Below, in pieces: positions 12,701-19,793 of a stretch of DNA of 64,000 nt. Each line of letters begins with the position of its first letter. Within the stretch, counting starts at the first letter, position 1. The notes under the pieces were generated by a model. That model saw only the letters and a program-made list of their open reading frames with translations. It was not told the DNA's origin and did not search any database. Source of the stretch: an uncultured Acidobacteriota bacterium. GTDB lineage: Bacteria; Acidobacteriota; UBA6911. The position numbers and the translations under genes were made by a program. The stretch spans positions 128,001 through 192,000 of the forward strand of contig CAWHCF010000002.1 of the NCBI GenBank assembly GCA_963827655.1, read 5' to 3'.

Positions 12701-15017
12701 TTGAGCGTGACGGTCCCGCCAAAGCTGTGGCGTATGTTGATCCCGCCGCCGTTGGACCCGATGTTGGCCGAGGTCTGGTTGCCTGTGATCGTGCTGTTGC
12801 TTATCGTCACATTATGCCGGTCAGCGAACAGATTGATCCCGCCCCCGAACGCCGACGCGCCCGCTGCGGCGTTCAACGTGTCATTGTTCGAGATCGTGCT
12901 GCCGGTGATCTGAACCGTGCCCCGAAAAATATTGGTGCCTCCCATCAGATCGCCGCTGTCGATGTTGATCGCCCCGCCGTAGCTGTTCTGGTTGGCATTG
13001 CTGTCAAACGTGCAGTTGGTCAGGGTCGTGGTCGGTCCGGGCATCGCTCCCGTGCCGGTCAGGAAGATATCCAGCGCTCCCCCGGTCTCGGTGAAGGTGC
13101 CGATCGTGGGGTTGTTGTTCCTCGTGAACCGGACCGTCAATCCCGAAAGGCTCACGCTCAAGGTTGAGAACGTCCCATCCTGGTTGATGCCGATCGCCTT
13201 GTCTCCCATGTTGCCCGTGAAGGCGGCATTGCTCGATCCCTGGATGATCGTGTTCGCGGCCCCATTGCCCATGATGGTTATGTCCGAGTTGATGTCCAGG
13301 TCTCCGCTCGCGGCCGTGTTGTCATCGCCCACCTGCGTCAACTGGATCGGCACGCCGTTCAATGCGGCCGCGAACGTGATCGTGTCCAGCGCCGCGCATG
13401 AGCATTGGCTTCCTGAACCGCCGCCCGCAGCGAACAATTACCCCCCGAGTCGGCGCATGTGCCGTTGCCGGCCGCCGCATCATCCGTGTCAGCCGCGGTG
13501 TTGACGTTAAAGGCGGCGTGTGACTCGACTACCACGATCACGGGTTCCGGGTCGGCTCTGTCGCAGCACCACCAGACCAGGCCGCCCGTGCACGTTCAGC
13601 CGCATCGGCAGCGCCGCAACCGGCTGGCTATCGGTATCGAACGTGATCGCTTCCCTGCCCCCCGGCGATGCTTCTTGCCCTGGCTGCGCGTCCTCCCTGA
13701 ATGCCACCTGAAGTTGCCGCGCCCCGGGATTCACAACCAGCAGATCATGCGCTTGCCCACCCGATGCCAGCGTGCTCATCAGCAGCGGCTGCGCGCCGTC
13801 GCCTGTGTGCGTGAGGGTCATCGAGGTCCTCTCCGCCACCTCCCAGCTCAGCGCCCGCGTTGGGTCTCGCCCCCCTCAGGTCTGACATCGGCCGGCTGCC
13901 TCGTCTCACTTCGGCTACAAGCTGCCGGCGCGCCCGAACCTCTTCCACAGTAAAGGGCCGGGTATCCAGCGTCCCGCGCGCCACGATCTGGACCGTGCCG
14001 TCCTCCGCCGCCACCGCCAGTTCCAGCCGCGCATCCCGATCCCAGATGAAATCGCTCACCGCCGCCGCTTTCACCCCAAACGGCATTGCGATCGCCTCCA
14101 ACTGCCCCGCTCGCTCATCCGGGACACTTCCATACCCGGCCGCTTCATCATCCTCTCCGTGCAGTATGTAGAGCCGGTTGCCCGCGATGATCGCCAGGTC
14201 CGTTGCACCATCCTCATCCAATCGCCCCAGCGTCACAGAGCGTCGCCGCGGCCGGCAGCGGGTAGGTCGACGCCGCCTCCGCCGCGACTCCCTGGTTCGC
14301 TTCATAAACCAGCAGGGCAGGCCCATCCGAACCTACGATCCCCACCACCACATCCGCCCAGCTATCCGGCTGAGTCTTCTGCCCGGCCGCCATCGTCGTG
14401 AGCAGACCCGGCAACGGCACGGCCCTGGGCTCGTGGAATCCCTGGTTCCCGTCCCCAGCCAGCAGATAGAGCGCCCCGCTCCCCCGCGCCCCTGTGATTA
14501 TGTCCAGACGCCCATCCCGGTCGAAATCTCCCGTGGCCAGAAACTCCGGCGCTTCCGGCGTCCACAGCACTGCCGCTTCGGGGAGAAACGGATCAGGATA
14601 CTCTCCCTTGATGATGGACTGGATTGTCTCCGGTTTTGTCGGCCCATACGCTTCGGGATTGCCCAGGTGCAATGTCACCAGGCCTCCGCTCGCGCTGGCA
14701 TACCCGCAAATCAAGTCCGGAAAACCGTCGAGATTGACGTCATCCGAGGCCAGTGACAGCGCCCGGACCTGCCCCTGCTCCAGCGCCAGCAGGTTTCCGC
14801 CGTTCGTCAGCCCGGCCCCGGTGTACTGCGCCCGCAAATCGCGCCCATTCCGAAAATGGATCCGGTAATTGGTCTTTCCCCCGGCTCGCAGCGTGATGGC
14901 GTCTTCGCGGGAGTCGGCCCTCGAGGCCAGGTGCAGATTGGCGTCCACCAGGGCTCCGACGCTCGTCAGAACGAGAACCGAAAGGCCAAACCCAATCTTT
15001 GATGCGAGCCGCTTCAT
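6746..15017 (-). CDS. Giant secreted surface protein A (~2750 aa): same head as protein B, HYR x2, ten DUF11-like repeats, distinct ~250 aa C-terminal domain (frameshifted in assembly)
   Basis: Stitched from ORFs 14214-15182 (true ATG 15017, MKRLASKIGFGLSVLVL), 13745-14326, 13507-13839, 13359-13541, 11752-13437, 9747-12149 and 6746-10033. Repeats read PDLxISKSH..F.QGQTGA.FTVTVTNSGGSPTSG...GWxC...CTRSD...TNTAT.SGGGD.N..NN.ASD. Confidence 0.85.
7495..11295 (-). repeat. Intragenic tandem array of ten ~378-bp (126 aa) DUF11-type units
   Basis: Unit starts recur at about 11295, 10920, 10542, 10164, 9785, 9407, 9005, 8630, 8250 and 7865, each with a conserved Cys pair. Confidence 0.85.
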
Positions 15018-15031
15018 ATGGACGGACTTAA

Positions 15032-16044
15032 CTAGTAGACGATTCTTGGTGTTTCTTCGTGTCTTCGTGTCCTGGTGGTATTTGTTTCTGCTCTTGCCTG
15101 CGCGAGCAGCACGGTTGAGGCGACCGCCGGAGAGTAGGACTTCGCTTCCTGCGCCTGATCGTTTGAAAGCGTTGCCGTCCAATAGTTGCTGGCTTCGGTG
15201 AGCGTGAGCTTGAATTCGACGTCGCCCTGTTCTTCCCTGAAGGGATTTACTCTATAGATGACAGGCGACCAGCTGGTGGTTTGTCTGGTCGTCAATCGGA
15301 CACCGCCGGTCAAGGTTGCCTCTGCCCAGACGGCAAAACAATTGATCTGATTTGTGTCTCGCAGCTTCCAGCGGGCCGTCAGGTTATTCAGATTCGGGGG
15401 TGATTTGTCGGCGGTCAGATCGGCTCGTACGAGCTCCTGCGGTTCGCTCAGAAGCTTAAGCCTGTCTCGGTTGGTCAATCCGAGGGGATGGTTCAGAAGG
15501 AGCGACTCGAAATAGCCGATATTCGACCGGAATGCCTGCCGGGAGTCCCCGGCGGTTCTGATCGAGATGACCGCCGGCGGCAACCAACGCGACTGAATCG
15601 GGAATCAGCACACCGCCCGGTTTCAGAAATCTCTCGCGGGCGTCGATCATGATGGGAACGATCGTGTTCATCGAAGACCAGGCTGCCCATAGTTTCCGAA
15701 ATGACGACGTCGAATTCGCGGTTGAGTTGAACCTGTCTGGAATCCCCCTGAATGACCTCCACGCGGCTGGCCACGCCATTGTCGCGGGCAAGCGTTCGAA
15801 TCAGCCCGATCAGTAGCTGATCCTGTTCGATCGCCACGACCCTTCGGGCTCCCAACGCGGCCGCCGCGATAGCCCAAACGCCGGTCCCCGATCCGATATC
15901 GAGCACGCTCGATTCGTCGCTGATAGTCTTTTTCAGGGCGCGGTAAAACAGCCGGTTTCTATTGGCATCGCTGAGAAGCTTTTCGTGTCCCGCCAGAAGC
16001 TGATTTACGTGGTCATACAATCTGGCTTCGGCATTATTCTCCAC
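15032..16044 (-). CDS. Class I SAM-dependent methyltransferase with protein-arginine-methyltransferase (PRMT)-like motifs (two frameshifts)
   Basis: GTG start at 16044 after AGAAGGGA. HEKLLSDANRN, VLDIGSGTG, VAIE, DVVISETMGSLVFDE (double-E loop), ARERFLKPGGVLIP, C-terminal TTSW. Stitched from ORFs 15493-16134, 15456-15791 and 15032-15583. Confidence 0.8.
15041..15088 (-). repeat. Family-1 repeat copy inside the 3' end of the methyltransferase ORF
   Basis: Reverse complement is gaaacaaataccaccaggacacgaagacacgaagaaacaccaagaat, encoding ETNTTRTRRHEETPR. Confidence 0.8.
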
Positions 16045-16091
16045 ACATTCCCTTCTGAGGGCTCGATCCTGGTGCTTCGTCTGAGAAATAC

Positions 16092-16135
16092 GAAACAAAT
16101 ACCGCAAAGACCGAAAGACACCAAGAAACACCAAG
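16092..16135 (+). repeat. Family-1 repeat copy
   Basis: gaaacaaataccgcaaagaccgaaagacaccaagaaacaccaag. Confidence 0.7.
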
Positions 16136-16137
16136 GG

Positions 16138-16662
16138 TCAACCCCTTGGCGGAAAGATTCCCTGCAGGGCGATGATGAAATTCAGGACGACGTAAGGCGA
16201 CATGTTGTTGTGCGGCTGACTTGAACCCGTCACAGCAAACGCCTGAGGACTCATCGTCGTATTTGGCGCAGCGGCAAAAAGCATTGGCGGCGTTCTGCCC
16301 GGCAGAGACGACCACGCCCGGCCCGTGGGAGATGCCTGGTTTCCGCCCCCCACGGTGGCTCCCACAGGATGTCCGTGCGCGGGCATTTCCGACTCGAGGA
16401 GGGTCACAGATGACGAACCGCCCTGTTGGCCCAGGTCGTAGATGCTCAAGCCGGCACCCTGGCCCTGATGGATCGGCACGCTGCCTTGCAGGTTGGGCAG
16501 GCCGAAGGTTGTCCTGCCGTCACCACCGTAGGTGGTCCCCAGGAGTGAAAACAGCGCCGTGTTCTGTGAGATTGACATGAGCTGGCCGTCACACAACGCC
16601 CAGCCCTTCGGTGCGAAATTGAATCCGACGATTCTGATTTCAGCGACAAATGGATCGCTCAT
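16138..16662 (-). CDS. Phage tail collar domain protein (microcystin-dependent protein MdpB-like), paralog 3
   Basis: MSDPFVAEIRIVGFNFAPKGWALCDGQ...LFSLLGTTYGGDGRTTFGLPNLQG...QPHNNMSPY..NFIIALQGIFPPRG; GGAG RBS; ATG at 16662. Confidence 0.9.
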   Translation of the reverse strand: MSDPFVAEIRIVGFNFAPKGWALCDGQLMSISQNTALFSLLGTTYGGDGRTTFGLPNLQGSVPIHQGQGAGLSIYDLGQQGGSSSVTLLESEMPAHGHPVGATVGGGNQASPTGRAWSSLPGRTPPMLFAAAPNTTMSPQAFAVTGSSQPHNNMSPYVVLNFIIALQGIFPPRG

Positions 16663-16676
16663 GGTCTCTCCTTGTG

Positions 16677-17171
16677 TCAGTTCCGCGACGGGAATATCCC
16701 AACCAGCGCGATGACGAAATTGATGACGAGGTAGGGCTGCGTGTTTTCGTGGGGCTGGCCTCCTCCTGCCGGAGCATCTAATGTCTGATTCATCATACCG
16801 TCCGACTTGGACGAATACGATCCGGGCAATGCAGCCCAGACGCCGTTTGCCGGGGTTCCCTGGGTCGGCGCGAGCGAGCTGGCCTGCGCGACGTGCGTGT
16901 GAGCGGGCATCTCGGACATGATCAGTGTGTGAGCCGCCTCGCCCCCCTTTGCGCCCTGCGTCAGGCCGCTGCCCATATGCACGGGAGAGCAGCCCCGGAG
17001 GTCCGGGAGAGCGAAGGTGGTCTGTCCATTTCCGCCGTACATCGTTCCCAGCAGCGAAAAGAGCGCCTGATTCTGGTTGATGGGGAGCAACTGGCCATTG
17101 CACAATGCCCAACCTTTGGGGGGGAAATTAAAGGAAACCATCTTGACCTCGCCTAAGAATGCTTCCGACAT
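16677..17171 (-). CDS. Phage tail collar domain protein (MdpB-like), paralog 2
   Basis: MSEAFLGEVKMVSFNFPPKGWALCNGQ...YGGNGQTTFALPDLRG...QPHENTQPY...GIFPSRN; AAGGAG RBS. Confidence 0.9.
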   Translation of the reverse strand: MSEAFLGEVKMVSFNFPPKGWALCNGQLLPINQNQALFSLLGTMYGGNGQTTFALPDLRGCSPVHMGSGLTQGAKGGEAAHTLIMSEMPAHTHVAQASSLAPTQGTPANGVWAALPGSYSSKSDGMMNQTLDAPAGGGQPHENTQPYLVINFVIALVGIFPSRN

Positions 17172-17267
17172 GGTTGATTTCTCCTTCAGAATCGCTTCAG
17201 CTTTCAGCGATGAGTTTAATGAGCCTCTGAAACCGGTCTGACCCTGATCACGGAATGCCGGTATTCC

Positions 17268-17777
17268 TTAGTTCTGAGACGGGTAAATCCCCTCCAGCGC
17301 AATGATGAAGCTTATGACGAGGTACGGCATCATGTTGTCGTGCGGCTGGCTTCCGCCGTCGTTCTTCATGCACGCCGAACTCATCACATTAGCGGTGGGT
17401 GGTGAGTCGCTATAGATCGTCTGGTTTGAAGCAGAGGCTGCCCACACGGCGTTCTGCGGAGACCCCAGTTCGCCAGCCGTAGATTTGCATTGCGGCGGGT
17501 GTGCGTGAGAAGGAATCTGTTGAGTGGTCAGCGTAACCGACTCTACCCCGCCCTTCTGGCCTATCGTGAACCCGCTGCCTTGATGGATTGGAATACGACC
17601 CTGAAGATCGGGCAACGCGAAGGTCGATTGGCCATCGCCTCCGTAAGTAGTGCCTATGAGCGAAAAGAGCGCGTCGTTCTGCGAAATCGGGAGCAGTTGC
17701 CCGCTGCAGAATGCCCACCCCATAGGCGCAAAATTCCCGCCAAACATCCTGATTTCACCAATAAAGGGAGTAGACAT
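17268..17777 (-). CDS. Phage tail collar domain protein (MdpB-like), paralog 1
   Basis: MSTPFIGEIRMFGGNFAPMGWAFCSGQ...YGGDGQSTFALPDLQGR...QPHDNMMPY...GIYPSQN; GAGGAG RBS. Confidence 0.9.
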   Translation of the reverse strand: MSTPFIGEIRMFGGNFAPMGWAFCSGQLLPISQNDALFSLIGTTYGGDGQSTFALPDLQGRIPIHQGSGFTIGQKGGVESVTLTTQQIPSHAHPPQCKSTAGELGSPQNAVWAASASNQTIYSDSPPTANVMSSACMKNDGGSQPHDNMMPYLVISFIIALEGIYPSQN

Positions 17778-17805
17778 AGCCGTTCTCCTCTATTTTGAGT
17801 GCCCT

Positions 17806-17878
17806 GTTTTCGTTGTCTTGGTGCCCAAGTGGTTAGTTTTTGTTCCGCCCGCTAACCACAAAGACACGTAAAACGCCA
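17806..17878. repeat. Family-1 repeat, imperfect inverted pair in the leader of the collar genes
   Basis: gttttcgttgtcttggtgcccaagtggttag ... ctaaccacaaagacacgtaaaac. Confidence 0.6.
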
Positions 17879-17900
17879 ACACTAGTCGGATTGAAAATGC

Positions 17901-17940
17901 TCAGCCGGGGGAAGGGCTTTTCAGCCGGGGGAAGGGCTGT
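17901..17940. repeat. 20-bp tandem direct repeat downstream of the collar-operon promoter
   Basis: tcagccgggggaagggcttt tcagccgggggaagggctgt. Confidence 0.85.
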
Positions 17941-17980
17941 TCTGCTACGCAAGCACAACCGCAACTGATAAAGTGGCCGG

Positions 17981-18009
17981 ATTCTAAACTTCGGCCAGAT
18001 GAGAGTCAA
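17981..18009 (-). promoter_or_regulatory. Sigma70-type promoter for the collar / methyltransferase / surface-protein genes
   Basis: Minus strand TTGACT-N17-TAGAAT, with an AT-rich stretch upstream. Confidence 0.6.
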
Positions 18010-18060
18010 CAGATTATGCTGTTAAAAAACTTTTACAGAGTCGAGTAGGCCCGGCCATGA

Positions 18061-18260
18061 GAGGCTGTTGCAAAAAACTCAGCTCTACCCTCTAATGCGG
18101 CTGCAGACACTTTACGAAGCCTCATGTGGCGACGGGTCACTGAGACCGTCGCAAGTAACGTGATCGGGAGGATTTGGCCTTAAAAAGTTCTTTCGTGCCA
18201 CTAGCGGGCCGGACGGGCTTGATAGCCCGTCCGCACATGGGGTCGTTTTGCGACAGTCTC
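18061..18260. mobile_element. 200-bp MITE-like element (family 2)
   Basis: Imperfect 15-bp terminal inverted repeats GAGGCTGTTGCAAAA / TTTTGCGACAGTCTC; internal hairpin cggacgggcttgatagcccgtccg; homologous copy at 54343-54611. Confidence 0.65.
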
Positions 18261-18294
18261 GCAAGGCCGGGATTAGACGTGCATCAGTAACCAA

Positions 18295-18782
18295 CTAAGT
18301 TGGGCGCCACTCCATTAATACCTGGATGCCGTTGTCTTCTCGCGCAGAGAAGCCCAGCCGCGCGAATAAACGCTGCGCCCGGCATCACGATCCACGTAGA
18401 TGCTGAGCGCCCTCGCGCTTCCGGCCGCTTCGGCCATCAAGGCTTTGATCAGCGGGGTGCCGATCCCAAGGCCGCGGTGTGCCGGCAGCAGCGCGATATC
18501 AAGGATGCGGATCTCCTGCGCGCGCCGGTCGACATAGAGCCGCCCCACCGGCTGGCCGTTGTTCAGGATGACGTGGTGCTCCGCGTCGGGATACTCACTT
18601 TTGTAGAACCGCTGCTGCGCCGCGAACTGGAACCGGATGAAGGCGGCGCGCTGCGCCTCGTCCCAGGGCACGAGCGCCAGTTCCTCGGCGCGCGTGCCGG
18701 CGTAAACGGCGCGGAGAAACTCCTCGTCCTCGGCGCGCACCGGGCGCAAGCTTACGGCATTGGCATCACTGTTGGTTGTCAT
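18295..18782 (-). CDS. GNAT N-acetyltransferase (collar-cluster type), paralog 2; one frameshift near 18385
   Basis: MTTNSDANAVSLRPVRAEDEEFLRAVYAGTRAEEL...ILDIALLPAHRGLGIG; after the shift RAQRLFARLGF...VLMEWRPT-stop (TAG 18297-18295). Confidence 0.85.
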
Positions 18783-19087
18783 GGCTCCGCCTTGCGCTTG
18801 CGATTGAACACCGCCTCGTAGGTCAACCCCTCGTCGTCCCTGGCGATCGGCACCAGGAAGAGCCGGCCGCTGCCCAGCTGTTCGTGCCGCAATTGATAGA
18901 GCCATTGCTCGGGGGGCGCCTCGAGCGGCGCGCGGAAGGTGAGCAGAAACTGCTCCTGGCGCGGCGATGGCGATTTATCTTCGACGCTGATCAGTTCGAT
19001 CTCCAGCGTCGTGTCTTCATTGAGCCGCATCTGGAATCGGGTGTTGACGTGCGGAGCGAAATCTTCGTAGTGCAGGGTGTCGAGCAT
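18779..19087 (-). CDS. DUF6916-like small protein
   Basis: MLDTLHYEDFAPHVNTRF...EQFLLTFRAP...LYQLRHEQLGSGRLFLVPI...YEAVFN; TGATG and ATGA overlaps with both GNAT genes. Confidence 0.8.
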   Translation of the reverse strand: MLDTLHYEDFAPHVNTRFQMRLNEDTTLEIELISVEDKSPSPRQEQFLLTFRAPLEAPPEQWLYQLRHEQLGSGRLFLVPIARDDEGLTYEAVFNRKRKAEP

Positions 19088-19575
19088 CAGGGTTCTTCTC
19101 CTATGGTTCTCCGGGACGGCTGCCATTCCATCAAGTAGTACAAGCCGATGTCGGCGAGCGGCGTAAATCCCAACCGCCGGTAGAGCCGCTGCGCCGGATT
19201 GGACTTCTCCACGTGCAGCCGCACCGGCTTGCCCGACCGCGCCGCCTCGTCGAGCAACTGTTGAAGCAGCGCAGCGCCAATTCCCCGCCCGCGCCATTCC
19301 GGCAGCAGCGCGATATCCACCAGGCGGATTTCGTCCGCCAGGCGGGAAACCAGCAATCGGCCGATCGCGCGATCCACCTCGACGATGATCTGCGGGTCGG
19401 CGTTCGGGAACTCGGCGTAGTGGGCCTGCTGCGCGCGGAATTGCAGGCTCAGGAAGGCTTCCTGCTGCGCGCTGCTCCAGTCCAGGGCGGCCAACTCCGC
19501 GGCACGGGTGCTGGCGTAGAGCCGATAGAGGAACGGTTCGTCTTCGGGCAGGGCGGGACGCAGCGTGACGATCAT
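19087..19575 (-). CDS. GNAT N-acetyltransferase (collar-cluster type), paralog 1
   Basis: MIVTLRPALPEDEPFLYRLYASTRAAEL...LVDIALLPEWRGRGIG...NPAQRLYRRLGF; C-terminal part of ORF 19087-19995. Confidence 0.88.
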   Translation of the reverse strand: MIVTLRPALPEDEPFLYRLYASTRAAELAALDWSSAQQEAFLSLQFRAQQAHYAEFPNADPQIIVEVDRAIGRLLVSRLADEIRLVDIALLPEWRGRGIGAALLQQLLDEAARSGKPVRLHVEKSNPAQRLYRRLGFTPLADIGLYYLMEWQPSRRTIGEEP

Positions 19576-19654
19576 AACTTGATGATCTGTTTGAGTAGTT
19601 GCCTGGGGGACGCGCGGCGCATCATGCGGTAAAGCGGCGACATTTGTCAAAGCC

Positions 19655-19701
19655 GAAACAAATACCACCAGGACGCGAAGACACGAAGAAACACCAAGAA
19701 T
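19655..19701 (+). repeat. Family-1 repeat copy
   Basis: gaaacaaataccaccaggacgcgaagacacgaagaaacaccaagaa. Confidence 0.8.
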
Positions 19702-19793
19702 TTTCTTGACAATACCCCCCGGCACACACCGAATCCTAGCCGGGGATCGAGCAAATCTGAGTGCAGCAGTCTTTTTCATTCGGAGGTTGTCCG

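Noticed and set aside
1801-15017. Diversity-generating retroelement (template/variable repeat pair)
   Set aside because: The duplication is ~4 kb and coding in both copies, differences are not adenine-specific on inspection, and no reverse transcriptase is present.
16138-17777. Prophage, tailocin or eCIS
   Set aside because: No sheath, tube, baseplate, spike, capsid, terminase, lysis or integrase gene in the window.
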